Shown: in pieces, positions 7,588-17,880 of the stretch | Layout of the letters: every line of letters begins with the position of its first letter | How positions within the stretch are numbered: the first letter of the stretch is position 1 | Virus record (IMG/VR): IMGVR_UViG_3300045988_106519 | Location: 51,386 to 115,385 of that record | Length of the DNA: 64,000 nucleotides | Source: a virus | Direction: 5' to 3' (one strand) | Notes under the pieces: generated by a model | What the model was told of the DNA's origin: nothing | The model's database searches: none | Seen by the model: the letters and a program-made list of their open reading frames with translations, nothing else | Program-made: the position numbers and the translations under genes

Positions 7588-9843
7588 ATGGAGAACATAA
7601 GATTTAACAAGTGTCAGACACCTTTGGAAGATTTGCATTTAGAGAAATATCCAAAAGAAGTGCAAGAGCAGTGGTGGGACACAATAAATAATGTACCTTT
7701 TATTAAATGGATGGTGTCTGAGGACAGACCATTGGTTTCAGAATTGCCAAGAGATAAGGAAGGCAAGGCAATAATAGACATAACACATCCACCTATTCTT
7801 GAGGGAAGTGATTATTTCAGACCATCAGCATTGGCATATAAGAAGAACAAAGGAAGATATACAACTCTTAGACCAAATGCTAATCCAAACAGTGACTTTG
7901 GCAAGTGGTTGTATGAAGAGAGGAAGAGAGGATGGAATGGTTACTGCAATCCAAAGACAGGAATGTGGGTGACAGGAGATTACTACTGGATGCTTAACTT
8001 CTGCCCAATGCACCTTGTAGAGAAAAATAGTAATGGAGTAGCAATAAGAACAGTAGCTCATCCAAGGTTTTGGGATGGTCAGTTTCTTATGTCCCATTAC
8101 CTTAACCAAGGCAGAATACATGGACATCATGCTTCAACATTAGCTTCACGAGGAAGAGGAAAGACATCATTTGGTGCAGGACTGCTTTCAAGAAGATGTA
8201 TAATAGGGGAGTCAGAGGAAAACTCAAAAGAAGTGCAGTGTATGGTAACAGCGGTGGATAGGACAAAACTGATGGATACTAATATGATACTAAAGGTATT
8301 TAAGGATAATCTTGATCATTGTGCAAAGTACACACAGTTTGCTTCACACAGACTGAAATCCTCAGACCAAGAGATGGAATGGAAGATGGGATATAAGAAG
8401 GCAGGAAGTGAAATAGAATATGGAAGTAAGAACTCAGTATCAGGAATTATCTCAGGAGTAAATCAGGATAAATTGAATGGTTCACGTGGAGTGTTGTATC
8501 TTATTGAAGAGGCAGGTATTTTTAAGAATCTCCTTAGCATGTATAATATGATTAGACCTTCAGTAGAACAAGGCAATGATGTATTTGGAGAGATATTCTG
8601 TTATGGTACAGCAGGAGATGACCAAAGTGATTTCACTTCATTTGCAGAGATGTTCTATTCTCCAATAGGTTATAACATGGAAGCACTTGACAATGTGTAT
8701 GATAAGGAAGGTCAGGGAAGAAAACAATGCTGTTTCTTTTATGGAGCCTATATGAATTATGCAGATGATTGTATAGATGAAGATGGTAATTCAGATATTA
8801 CAAAGTCATTATTGCTTATATTGTATGACAGATACAAGACAAAATATGGTTCTATAGATGTGAATACCATTACAAAACGTATATCACAGTATCCTATAGT
8901 GCCACAGGAAGCTATGATAAGAAGTCATAGTAATGTGTTTCCAGTAACAGAACTTAATGAGAGACTTAATCAGATAGACAATAATCCAGATGAATATGCA
9001 GACACTTATGTGGGAAAGCTTGTGCAGGATAATAAGACAGGAGAAGTGAAGTTTAATCCTACTGTAGATATTCCGATAAGAGATTTTCCTACCAAAGATA
9101 ACAAAGTGACTGGAGCTATTGAAATATTTGAGATGCCAAAGAAAGGTAGTGATGGTAAGGTACCCTTTGGCAGGTATATATGTTCTTGTGACCCTTATGA
9201 CAGTGATGTTTCAAATACAATGTCATTAGGTTCTATCTTTATATTGGACTTATGGACAGACATGTTAGTAGCAGAATATACTGGAAGACCGCCCTTTGCA
9301 GAAGACTTCTATGAAATATGTAGGTTGATATGTTTGTTTTATAATTGTAGGTGTATGTATGAGCAGAATATTATGGGAATGTTTTCATACTTTAGTTCAC
9401 ATAATTCAACACATCTATTAGCAGAAACACCAGAATATCTTGTGCAGAGAAATATGATAGGAGGTATAGGATATGGTAATAAGGCAGTAGGAATTAGAGC
9501 TACCACACCTATTATAAATGGTGCTTTCAAGATGATACAGACATGGTTGAGGAAACCAGTAATAATTATAAAGACAGATGCAGAAGGAAACAATATAGAA
9601 GTGACAATACCAAATCTCTATAGGATAAAGAATAGAGCATTGCTGAAAGAACTTGTGCTATGGAATCCACAGGGAAACTTTGATAGAGTGATGAGCCTTG
9701 TGCAGTTGATGTTATATAGAGAAGAGAAACTTGTGCTTGGTCACGGTGACTTGAGGAGTTCAGAGACAGTTAGCAGTGGAATGGAGAATGATGATTATTG
9801 GGAGAAGAACTATCCAGGAAAAAAGAAAGTAATGGTGTGGTAA
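7588..9843 (+). CDS. terL: terminase large subunit (751 aa)
   Basis: Walker A-like ASRGRGKTS, Walker B-like VLYLIEEAG and the acidic nuclease-type CSCDPYDSD. Size and position ahead of scaffold/capsid genes also fit. Confidence 0.8.
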   Translation: MENIRFNKCQTPLEDLHLEKYPKEVQEQWWDTINNVPFIKWMVSEDRPLVSELPRDKEGKAIIDITHPPILEGSDYFRPSALAYKKNKGRYTTLRPNANPNSDFGKWLYEERKRGWNGYCNPKTGMWVTGDYYWMLNFCPMHLVEKNSNGVAIRTVAHPRFWDGQFLMSHYLNQGRIHGHHASTLASRGRGKTSFGAGLLSRRCIIGESEENSKEVQCMVTAVDRTKLMDTNMILKVFKDNLDHCAKYTQFASHRLKSSDQEMEWKMGYKKAGSEIEYGSKNSVSGIISGVNQDKLNGSRGVLYLIEEAGIFKNLLSMYNMIRPSVEQGNDVFGEIFCYGTAGDDQSDFTSFAEMFYSPIGYNMEALDNVYDKEGQGRKQCCFFYGAYMNYADDCIDEDGNSDITKSLLLILYDRYKTKYGSIDVNTITKRISQYPIVPQEAMIRSHSNVFPVTELNERLNQIDNNPDEYADTYVGKLVQDNKTGEVKFNPTVDIPIRDFPTKDNKVTGAIEIFEMPKKGSDGKVPFGRYICSCDPYDSDVSNTMSLGSIFILDLWTDMLVAEYTGRPPFAEDFYEICRLICLFYNCRCMYEQNIMGMFSYFSSHNSTHLLAETPEYLVQRNMIGGIGYGNKAVGIRATTPIINGAFKMIQTWLRKPVIIIKTDAEGNNIEVTIPNLYRIKNRALLKELVLWNPQGNFDRVMSLVQLMLYREEKLVLGHGDLRSSETVSSGMENDDYWEKNYPGKKKVMVW

Positions 9844-9922
9844 AGTAACGAGTTGTATAAGAGGATTTTTTATGAAGGCTTAGAGAAAAAATAAGGAATA
9901 ATATTAAGCATTGATGTTTTTG

Positions 9923-9930
9923 TACTTTTG
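9923..9930 (+). promoter_or_regulatory. -7 box TACTTTTG
   Basis: 37 nt upstream of the ATG at 9968. It lies inside the TTG-initiated track ORF, which argues for the 9968 start. Confidence 0.45.
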
Positions 9931-9967
9931 TGGAAAAGAAGAATGTAGAACTAAAGAGAAGAAAAGT

Positions 9968-11155
9968 ATGGAAGCATTAAGTTTTGACAATATTTTGGGT
10001 GAGAATGAGATTGATACCCTATTCACAGACCCAGAAGATACTACTGCTCAAGAAGAGCAAGACAACTCAGAAGAAGAGAATAATGATAATCCTCTTGATT
10101 CTGATAAGGAAAAGAATGAGAAAGAAACTACTGAGGTTGTTGACCCTGAGACCATGTTTGAAGAAGAGACACCAGAGAGCGTAAGTAGTGGAAAAGATAA
10201 AGAAGGTAAGGAAGATACTGTCACTGACGGGGAAGCAGATGGCACTTCTCCAAACAATAACTTCTACTCTTCCATTGCCAACGCCTTGGCTGTGGATGGT
10301 ATCTTTCCTAACCTTGATGATGAGACAGTGAAGAAGGCAGTTGATGCTGAGTCTTTCAGTGATTTGATAGAAGCAGAAATCAATGCTAGGTTTGATGAAA
10401 AACAACAAAGGATTTCAAAGGCTCTTGAGAATGGAGTAGAGCCAACTGATATTAGGAAGTATGAGAGTACCCTTGACTACATCAACAAGATAACAGATGC
10501 AGCTATTGCTGAAGAGAGTGAGAAGGGAGAGCAATTGAGGTATAATCTTATCTATCAAGACTTCTTGAATAAAGGAATGTCAGCAGACAAGGCAAAGAAG
10601 TACACAGATAGAACTATTAATGCAGGAACAGATGTTGAAGATGCTAAGGAAGCCTTGCTAAGTAACAAGGAATACTTTAGTAATGAGTACAACAAACTAC
10701 TTCAAGAGGCACAGCAGCAAGCAGATGAGGAAAAAGCAGATAGAGCAAAGCAGGCAAAGCAGTTGCAGACATCTCTTTTGAAAGACAAGAATCTGTTTGG
10801 TAATATGGAAATCAGCAATGATATTAGGAAGAAAGCCTTTGAAACAATATCCAAACCAGTGTATAAAGACCCAGAGACAGGAGATTATTTAACAGCTCTT
10901 CAGAAGTATGAGATGGAGCATAAAGCAGATCTTCTTAAATACACAGGTCTCATCTTTGCAATGACCAATGGCTTCAAGGACTTTGATTCCTTTGCCAAAG
11001 GTAAGGTTAAGAAAGAAATGAAAAAAGGTCTTAGAGATTTAGAGAAAACCCTGAACAACACATCAAGGTCGAAGGATGGTAACCTAAGAATGATAACCAA
11101 TCAGAGGGAAGATCCAGACTCCTTTATTAGTAAGGGGATGAAGCTTGATTTGTAA
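9968..11155 (+). CDS. acidic, coiled-coil scaffold-like protein (395 aa)
   Basis: Very D/E-rich N-terminus and K/E/Q-rich helical middle. Sits between terL and the capsid candidate. Confidence 0.45.
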   Translation: MEALSFDNILGENEIDTLFTDPEDTTAQEEQDNSEEENNDNPLDSDKEKNEKETTEVVDPETMFEEETPESVSSGKDKEGKEDTVTDGEADGTSPNNNFYSSIANALAVDGIFPNLDDETVKKAVDAESFSDLIEAEINARFDEKQQRISKALENGVEPTDIRKYESTLDYINKITDAAIAEESEKGEQLRYNLIYQDFLNKGMSADKAKKYTDRTINAGTDVEDAKEALLSNKEYFSNEYNKLLQEAQQQADEEKADRAKQAKQLQTSLLKDKNLFGNMEISNDIRKKAFETISKPVYKDPETGDYLTALQKYEMEHKADLLKYTGLIFAMTNGFKDFDSFAKGKVKKEMKKGLRDLEKTLNNTSRSKDGNLRMITNQREDPDSFISKGMKLDL

Positions 11156-11198
11156 GACCATGAAAAACAAATTTATAAATGCTTAATGTAAATAAAAA

Positions 11199-12722
11199 AT
11201 GGCCGGAAAATTAGGTAAATTCCAGAAGCAGACATTTAGCCATTGGAAGGGTACAACTAAGGCAAATCATCTTGGTGGTATTTTCCAGATGCAGCCACAG
11301 AGGGCAACATCCTTGATGGTACAGCTGCTTGCTTGGCATAAAGGTAAGACCCTTGAAACATTTTTGTCACAATTTCCAACAAAGTCTTTTGACAATGATG
11401 ATGAGTACACATGGGATATTTGTGGTAGTTCATCAAGGAACATTCCATTGGTAGAGGCAAGGGATGCAGATGGTATAGATGTATCAGCAACTTCACGTAA
11501 TGGAGCAAATGTTGGTGTGAATGGTGAGCCATTCTACTTGGTGTTTGCAGAAGATTGGTTTGCTGATGGTGAGGTAATTGTTGGTGAGCGCAATGAAGTA
11601 TATCCTATTAGGGTGCTTGCAGATGGTAGGAATGAGGGAACCAACACTGTATACAAGGTAGAGTTGATGGGTGGTATCACCTCTGGTATTCCAGTAGAAG
11701 AGCTGCTTGCAGGAAAGAGGTTCTCAGTTGACTTTGCCCCAGTAGAAAAGGACTTCTCTCGTAAGGTTGGTGATGTACGCTTCTCAAGTCCTATAGCAAT
11801 GAGGAATGAGTTTACAACCATTCGTATTCATACCAAAATAGCAGGCTCAATGATTAATAAGAAAGTAGCCTTTGGTATTCCTATTGTAAAAGAGACAAAT
11901 GGTCGCTATGTGAAGGACACTGTAAACATGTGGATGCACTATGAGCAGTGGGAGCTTGAACAGCAGTGGAGTGATTATAAAAACAATATGCTTGCTTATG
12001 GTCGCTCAAATAGAAATATGAATGGTGAGTACCTTAATATTGGTAAGAGTGGTGAGGTAATTCGTATGGGAGCAGGTCTTTATGAGCAGATGGAGGCAGC
12101 TAATACTTTTACTTATAACACCTTCTCATTGAAACTTATTGAAGATGCTCTCTATGAGTTATCAGCAGCAAAGCTTGGTATGGAAGATCGTACATTTGTA
12201 ATCCAGACAGGTGAGCGAGGAGCTATTCAGTTCCATAAGGCAGTGCTTAACACTGTAAGTGGTTGGAAAGCATTTACAATTAATGGAGACCAGATAGATA
12301 TGGTAAGGAAGGTACAGTCGCCATTGCATAAGAATGCTTTGTCAGCAGGCTTCCAGTTTGTAGAGTTCCAAGCACCAAATGGTGTAACTGTACAAATTAA
12401 GGTTGATTCTCGATATGATGACCCAGTGCGTAATAAGATTATGCATCCAAATGGAGGACCTGCTTATTCTTATAGGTACGACATCTTTGACATGGGTAAC
12501 ATGGACCAGCCAAACATCTTTAAGTGTGGTGTAAAGGGTATGGAAGGTGACTTGACATCTTATGAGTGGGGTCTAAGAAATCCATTTACAGGTCAGATGG
12601 GTAATCCAAATGCTTCACATGATGAGGATTCAGCAACCGTCCACAAGATGACAACAATGGGCATATGTGTGCTTGATCCAAAAAGGACATTGAGTTTGAT
12701 ACCAGCTATTTTGGTAGCTTAA
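11199..12722 (+). CDS. major capsid protein candidate (507 aa)
   Basis: Follows the scaffold-like gene. Codon use fits high expression (CGT/CGC Arg, GGT, AAG). A stem-loop lies downstream. No fold evidence is available. Confidence 0.5.
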   Translation: MAGKLGKFQKQTFSHWKGTTKANHLGGIFQMQPQRATSLMVQLLAWHKGKTLETFLSQFPTKSFDNDDEYTWDICGSSSRNIPLVEARDADGIDVSATSRNGANVGVNGEPFYLVFAEDWFADGEVIVGERNEVYPIRVLADGRNEGTNTVYKVELMGGITSGIPVEELLAGKRFSVDFAPVEKDFSRKVGDVRFSSPIAMRNEFTTIRIHTKIAGSMINKKVAFGIPIVKETNGRYVKDTVNMWMHYEQWELEQQWSDYKNNMLAYGRSNRNMNGEYLNIGKSGEVIRMGAGLYEQMEAANTFTYNTFSLKLIEDALYELSAAKLGMEDRTFVIQTGERGAIQFHKAVLNTVSGWKAFTINGDQIDMVRKVQSPLHKNALSAGFQFVEFQAPNGVTVQIKVDSRYDDPVRNKIMHPNGGPAYSYRYDIFDMGNMDQPNIFKCGVKGMEGDLTSYEWGLRNPFTGQMGNPNASHDEDSATVHKMTTMGICVLDPKRTLSLIPAILVA

Positions 12723-12740
12723 GATATAGAAAGAGGCAGT

Positions 12741-12759
12741 GAGGGAGTAAGACTCCCTC
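12741..12759 (+). terminator. stem-loop after the capsid candidate (no U-run)
   Basis: GAGGGAG-TAAGA-CTCCCTC. Confidence 0.3.
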
Positions 12760-12816
12760 CTGTACTCTAACTAAAGTAAAACAAAAACAAAAAACAAAAT
12801 AAAAGGAGAAGTTGAA

Positions 12817-13860
12817 ATGGGAAGAGTTAAGAAGGAAGAAAATCCAAATACAGAGACAATTATGCAGGATGTAGAATTGGATGTGACACCACAGGAGGAA
12901 ATGAAAACAGAAATTCCGTTGCCTAAGACAGAAACAAAGCCAAGTTATAGGGAGAAGAAAGAACCGAGCTATAGTAATGAGACAGTGAACTGCTTGAGGA
13001 ATGAGCGCATTATAGTAAGGTTTGTTCCAAGTCCTACAGCAATGGTGCAGCGGAAGGGACATATTCTGTATGGAGGTATGGCAGAGAATGCAATAAGAAG
13101 CTTTGTAGTGCCAAGGCTCAGTAAGACAGGTATGTTCAAGAATGTTCTTACAGATAGTGAGAAATCCTTCTTGGAGAAGGCAATGGGATTGGAAATCAAT
13201 GCTCTCAGTATCTATAAGAAAGAAAACAACTTCTGGGATGACAGTAATCCAAATGGTATAGGTAGAGTGACACTGCATAAACAAGATAACTATCTTGACC
13301 TAAGTATTCCAGAACAGTACATACAGTATAAGATTCTGCTTGCCAACAAGGATTATATTGCAGCGTCAATGGAGGAACTTGAGGAAAGACCAAAGGCAAC
13401 ATATCAGTTTGTGATTATCTCTGAAGGTGCAGAGGCACAGAAGAATCTCAGCAGGATGGACATTACAATGGAATGCTATACAGAATATGGTGCTGTAAAG
13501 AGAGACAAGAATACCCTCAAGACCATTATAGAGCAGCTTGAGAAACGTCCTATTAGTCCTAATGTGAAGATAGACTACTTGCAGAATAAGGTTAATAATT
13601 ATATTCAGGCAGATCCACGTAAGTTCTATACAGTGATTACAGACGAGTATCTTCCTGCAAAGGTTCTTATTAAGAGAGCTGTAGAGGCAGGACTTGTAGG
13701 AACAAAGAATAATACATACTATCTGCGTAAGGATGGTTCTCCATTGTGTGAAATGAATGAGGAGAGCACATTGAACAATGCAGCCAAGTATATTAGTTCT
13801 ATCAAGCATCAAGAACTGAAGTATATGTTGGAAGCACAGATAAAAGAGGCAGAAGAATAA
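12817..13860 (+). CDS. hypothetical virion-block protein (347 aa)
   Basis: GGAG RBS; co-oriented within the head gene block. Confidence 0.6.
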   Translation: MGRVKKEENPNTETIMQDVELDVTPQEEMKTEIPLPKTETKPSYREKKEPSYSNETVNCLRNERIIVRFVPSPTAMVQRKGHILYGGMAENAIRSFVVPRLSKTGMFKNVLTDSEKSFLEKAMGLEINALSIYKKENNFWDDSNPNGIGRVTLHKQDNYLDLSIPEQYIQYKILLANKDYIAASMEELEERPKATYQFVIISEGAEAQKNLSRMDITMECYTEYGAVKRDKNTLKTIIEQLEKRPISPNVKIDYLQNKVNNYIQADPRKFYTVITDEYLPAKVLIKRAVEAGLVGTKNNTYYLRKDGSPLCEMNEESTLNNAAKYISSIKHQELKYMLEAQIKEAEE

Positions 13861-13971
13861 ATTTAATCATATTGAGATTTGAAGAGAAGTATTGAGTGTG
13901 ATAGAGTTGTTGCCTATTCTTATTAAACATTTGATACTTCCTTCATATTTCCTTTTTAAAGCTATAAAGAT

Positions 13972-14898
13972 ATGTCAGTAGAAGAGATGGATAATATGTT
14001 TGATGTGTTATATAACAATATAACCTCAAATCAAGCACCAGGATTAAATGCATATGAGAAGAGTGTCTTCCTTACCAAAGGTCAGGATGAGACTCTTAAG
14101 AACTACTTTAATCCCAAGAGTAAAGGTAACAATACCCAAGATGGTTTTGACGGTAGTGCTAAGAGACAAGTAGATTTTTCCATGCTCACTACTGTAGCTA
14201 CAACAAGCACAACTTCTTACTCTTACACTCTTGTGTCTGATAAAACAGATAAGAATGGTAATCCTGTATATTCAAGAGTAGAAGTTTCCAGCATTATACC
14301 TAAATCTACCTATAGCTATACAGAAGCTTATGATTCAGATGGTAAGGTATTGAAGGATGCTATAGGAAATATACTTTATGTAAAGAATGAGGGAACAGAT
14401 GTTTCAGGTTTTGACACACCATTGTTTGACACACGACCAAATAGCAAGAGTATTACCTTACCTTCAAAGCTTATGTTTGCCATCAATGAAATGGTGGAGG
14501 TAAACAGGAACAATAAAACCACTCTCTTGCAGGTAGTGCCAGTTAAGTTTGATGAATATTCAAGGTTGATGTGTAAGCCATATAAGAGACCTTTGAAATA
14601 TCAGGCATGGAGGCTTACTAATAATAATGTAGTGAATAAGGCGGATATTGTAGTAGGACCCTCAGACACACTTACTAAATATACTATCAGATATGTAAGG
14701 AGACCAAATCCAATCATTGTATCAAACCTTGATGGACTTTCGATTGAAGGTAAAGAAGACAAGACGGAGTGTGAGTTGGACCCAATACTTCATGAGGAGA
14801 TACTTCAGAGAGCAGTAGAGCTTGCGAAGATAGCTTGGACAAACACAGGTCAAGATAATTTACAAGCAGTAATGCAAGCAGGTCAGAGGAGTGAGTAA
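13972..14898 (+). CDS. head-tail connector/neck-like protein, paralogue A (308 aa)
   Basis: Shares (F)..FD.L.N...YEKSV(F/L)LTK(G/A)Q(D/E)E at the N-terminus and Y.IRY(V/I)...P.I.....DGLS(I/V)EG....C.L....H..IL.RAV.LA at the C-terminus with 14916..15641. The function is a positional guess. Confidence 0.4.
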   Translation: MSVEEMDNMFDVLYNNITSNQAPGLNAYEKSVFLTKGQDETLKNYFNPKSKGNNTQDGFDGSAKRQVDFSMLTTVATTSTTSYSYTLVSDKTDKNGNPVYSRVEVSSIIPKSTYSYTEAYDSDGKVLKDAIGNILYVKNEGTDVSGFDTPLFDTRPNSKSITLPSKLMFAINEMVEVNRNNKTTLLQVVPVKFDEYSRLMCKPYKRPLKYQAWRLTNNNVVNKADIVVGPSDTLTKYTIRYVRRPNPIIVSNLDGLSIEGKEDKTECELDPILHEEILQRAVELAKIAWTNTGQDNLQAVMQAGQRSE

Positions 14899-14915
14899 CC
14901 ATAAACAATAATGAT

Positions 14916-15641
14916 ATGACAATAGATGAGTTTTCAAACAGCTTTGACACACTGCTTAACAGTTATGCTCTTACTCCTAACTTTGGTGAAGAGACATCTA
15001 AGCAAACAATAACTCTTGATGAATATGAGAAGTCAGTGCTTTTGACAAAGGCACAAGAGGAAATAGTTCTTAGCTTGTATAATGGTAAGAATCCTTATGG
15101 AGAAGCTTTTGAGGGAACAGAAGAACTAAGAAGGTATTTATCAAATTTGATAACAGAGAAATATCTTAAACCAATAACAAATACCTCTGGTACACCTCTT
15201 GGTCTTGAGAGTAAGTCAAAATTCTTCACTCTTCCTGAAGACTTATGGTTCATAACATTAGAGTCAGTGGTTGTTGACAATGGTAAATGTAATGATAACA
15301 CAATAATAAAGGTATATCCAGTCAAGCAGGATGAGTATCAAGTAATTAGAGATAATCCTTTTAGAGGAGCTAATGATAGAAGAGCATTGAGGCTTGACTT
15401 GTCAGAAGGTAATGTAGAGATAATCTGCAAGTACTTAGTATCAGTCTACTACATTAGATATATCAAGAAAGTACCTCCAATAGTTCTTATTGACTTACCA
15501 GATGGTTTGTCAGTAGAAGGAGAAGCAGAAGCAAAAGACTGTATCTTGCATAAAGCTTTGCATCAAAGAATACTTGATAGAGCAGTACAGCTTGCATTGC
15601 AAAGTAGAGGATATGGAATTAATAAGAGCAATAATAGTTAA
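14916..15641 (+). CDS. head-tail connector/neck-like protein, paralogue B (241 aa)
   Basis: See paralogue A. Confidence 0.4.
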   Translation: MTIDEFSNSFDTLLNSYALTPNFGEETSKQTITLDEYEKSVLLTKAQEEIVLSLYNGKNPYGEAFEGTEELRRYLSNLITEKYLKPITNTSGTPLGLESKSKFFTLPEDLWFITLESVVVDNGKCNDNTIIKVYPVKQDEYQVIRDNPFRGANDRRALRLDLSEGNVEIICKYLVSVYYIRYIKKVPPIVLIDLPDGLSVEGEAEAKDCILHKALHQRILDRAVQLALQSRGYGINKSNNS

Positions 15642-15642
15642 G

Positions 15643-15657
15643 GTCTACAATGTAGAC
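15643..15657. promoter_or_regulatory. 15-nt palindrome GTCTACAATGTAGAC
   Basis: Lies immediately after the stop of 14916..15641 and 26 nt before the ATG at 15684. Either a small hairpin or a binding site. Confidence 0.3.
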
Positions 15658-15683
15658 AATGTTTAATTTAATACTTAATAAAA

Positions 15684-16673
15684 ATGAGTGTATTTAGTAC
15701 AAACCAGGTAAGGCACCTGTATGTAGCAACAAAGTCAGTGGCATCAGATGCTACATTGGCAAATAAGGGAGAGTTCAAGGTGAAGACCTGTGGTGACATT
15801 GAGAAGGAGGTTTACTTTGAGGTACTTGGTCCAGATACAGTATTGAAGAGTGATAGGATTCCAGTGAAGAACATTAACTATGTTAAGGTTATCAAGGCAG
15901 CAGCTATGGCAACACCTATGAAGAAGGTGAAGGTAGTTTTGGACTCAACAGTTAACAGTGGTAATCCTATTGCAGGTCAGGATTATATTCTCCGCATTAA
16001 TCTTCGTCAGTTCTATGGAATGAGTGATCAGGACCAGTACTTCAAGGATGCAGCAGTACATGCAGTAAAGGGCATGACAGCAACAGCCTTCTATCAAGCA
16101 ATGGCAAAGTCACTTAATCTAAGTTTCTCACGTGAGGTAGGAGCAAATGCAACAAGTAATCCATATCTCAAGTTTACAGCAAGTGCAGCTGGTCTTGTAA
16201 TTGAGGAGCTTCCTCAGTCATGGCATCTTGGTACAGAAGCACAGGAAAGGGTATACTTTGATGTAGTACCAACTACAGTGTATGATGGAGTAGATGATTT
16301 GATATGGGGAACTGTAACAACAGAAGCTTCAACCACATTGGTTGGCAATGGTAAGAAGATGGCAGATCTTGAATACTTCCTTCTTGGGGAGCGTGGAGAT
16401 CAATATAGGAAGATAGGCTGGCCTAATGATATTGAGACAGTAGGCATGATAGACCCAAGCAAGGACTATGATGTAATTGAGATTCATTATGCCTTTACAG
16501 ATACAGGTGTCAATAGCTATAGGACAGAGAAGGACATGACCATTGCAGTACCATCAGAGGGAGGAGAAACCTTTACTGAGATTAATAAGATTATCACTGC
16601 ATTCAATACTGCTACTGGTCTTACAATTAGTCCACTTGTAAAGGAAAGTGTTGTAAGTGCCAAAAACATATAA
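15684..16673 (+). CDS. abundant virion protein candidate (auxiliary/decoration capsid protein or alternative MCP; 329 aa)
   Basis: Extreme AAG-over-AAA Lys usage (about 24:1 by eye), TTC/TAC/CAG preference, and the strongest canonical terminator in the block. Confidence 0.4.
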   Translation: MSVFSTNQVRHLYVATKSVASDATLANKGEFKVKTCGDIEKEVYFEVLGPDTVLKSDRIPVKNINYVKVIKAAAMATPMKKVKVVLDSTVNSGNPIAGQDYILRINLRQFYGMSDQDQYFKDAAVHAVKGMTATAFYQAMAKSLNLSFSREVGANATSNPYLKFTASAAGLVIEELPQSWHLGTEAQERVYFDVVPTTVYDGVDDLIWGTVTTEASTTLVGNGKKMADLEYFLLGERGDQYRKIGWPNDIETVGMIDPSKDYDVIEIHYAFTDTGVNSYRTEKDMTIAVPSEGGETFTEINKIITAFNTATGLTISPLVKESVVSAKNI

Positions 16674-16706
16674 TGTAGTAGTCTTTGTTTCATAAATTAT
16701 ATGATG

Positions 16707-16748
16707 GAGGGATTGGGGAATGTATCCCTGATCCCTCTTTTTTATTTT
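16707..16748 (+). terminator. strong rho-independent terminator
   Basis: GAGGGAT...ATCCCTC stem with inner GGG/CCC pairs, then TTTTTTATTTT. Confidence 0.75.
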
Positions 16749-16766
16749 ACTTAAAGAAAGGAAGAT

Positions 16767-17381
16767 ATGATAATTTTCGATCAGCTAAGAGTCTCAGATG
16801 ATGGAAAGAGACTGTATATCAATGCACATGTGAATAAGGCAGATTATTTTGCTAATGTGTATATAGACTCTATAGTGATAATGACAGCAGATAAAGTGTC
16901 AGAGACAGCACCAGGAACTCCAACCTCAGACTATGTGTATATAAAAAAGGCAGAAGACAATGCCAAGGAGTTGAACCTTGTATTGGAAGCATCAGATTTG
17001 TCAAGGTCATGGGAAGCAGACCCAAAAGCAATAGCCTTTGGTAGAGCAGATATGAGTAACACATTGTTCTTTGTATACATAAAATGTAAGGGAACACCAG
17101 AAGCTTGCACACCATGCAGACTTGATGAAAAGACGACTCTTGGAGTAGTGTTTGATGAGAATATTCTTTATCAGAGAGTAATGGATTACACTAAAGAACT
17201 GATTGCAGACTGTAGTGTACCAACAGAATTTACAGATTTCATATTATTGTGGAATGCTTTTAAGGCAGCTATAGAGACAGAGCATTATATAGCAGCCATT
17301 AAGTTTTATAACAAACTATTTGGTGTTGTAAGAAGCGGTTGCAGCAATAATATAATAAAAACTTGTGGATGTAATGGATGA
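16767..17381 (+). CDS. hypothetical virion-block protein (204 aa)
   Basis: ATG ORF with an RBS-like AAGGAAG upstream. Confidence 0.6.
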   Translation: MIIFDQLRVSDDGKRLYINAHVNKADYFANVYIDSIVIMTADKVSETAPGTPTSDYVYIKKAEDNAKELNLVLEASDLSRSWEADPKAIAFGRADMSNTLFFVYIKCKGTPEACTPCRLDEKTTLGVVFDENILYQRVMDYTKELIADCSVPTEFTDFILLWNAFKAAIETEHYIAAIKFYNKLFGVVRSGCSNNIIKTCGCNG

Positions 17382-17742
17382 AATATTGTTTGAAGCATTG
17401 TCTAAATATTTTCATGCCTTAGAGTTAAGAGGATATATGTCAAAGAGTCACAGTATAAAACTGTTAGTATTAAGTTTCTATAGAGACTTTGTATTCCATG
17501 ACTATCGAGGTATGTTGAGTGAGAAAGAGTATTGTTTTATAGAGAAAGCTTTAGATTGTATCTATGGAACAAGTTGTTTAATACCTTATCCAGATTATTT
17601 GAAAATGGGAAAACTACATTTAGGAGAAATGACAGAAATGGCTCAGAGGTTGAAGACTCTTGAGAATACAGAAGTTGTAAAGGTGATACATGAGGCTGAA
17701 GCAGACACTCAGTCAGATGTTATGGTTGTAATGGAAGAGTAA
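17374..17742 (+). CDS. hypothetical protein (122 aa)
   Basis: The first ATG is at 17374 (the track start at 17365 is GTG). Overlaps the upstream stop by 8 nt. Confidence 0.55.
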   Translation: MDEILFEALSKYFHALELRGYMSKSHSIKLLVLSFYRDFVFHDYRGMLSEKEYCFIEKALDCIYGTSCLIPYPDYLKMGKLHLGEMTEMAQRLKTLENTEVVKVIHEAEADTQSDVMVVMEE

Positions 17743-17779
17743 AAAAAGTAAAAAAGTAAAAGAGTAAAAAAGTAAAAAA
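17739..17779 (+). repeat. five tandem GTAAAA(A) units, period 8-9 nt
   Basis: GTAAAA begins at 17739, 17748, 17756, 17764 and 17772. The same unit occurs twice at 54173 and 54181. Confidence 0.6.
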
Positions 17780-17783
17780 TAAG

Positions 17784-17880
17784 GAGTTAAGAAGTTAAAG
17801 GAGTTAAGCCAAATGCTTTTTCTTTAGAGTAGAGCAGGAGGGTATACTATAAATCAAACAAAAACTTCTTAACTCTTTTT
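17784..17880 (+). terminator. long-loop hairpin with U-run (candidate terminator/attenuator)
   Basis: Perfect 13-bp pairing GAGTTAAGAAGTT(17784-17796)/AACTTCTTAACTC(17863-17875), then TTTTT. A second GGAGTTAAG at 17800-17808 could pair alternatively. Confidence 0.45.

Noticed and set aside
12706-13812. Minus-strand ORFs of 192 aa and 148 aa antisense to 12817..13860.
   Set aside because: They are Cys/Leu/Phe-rich mirror translations with no RBS or promoter, and are fully overlapped by a co-oriented, well-spaced plus-strand gene.
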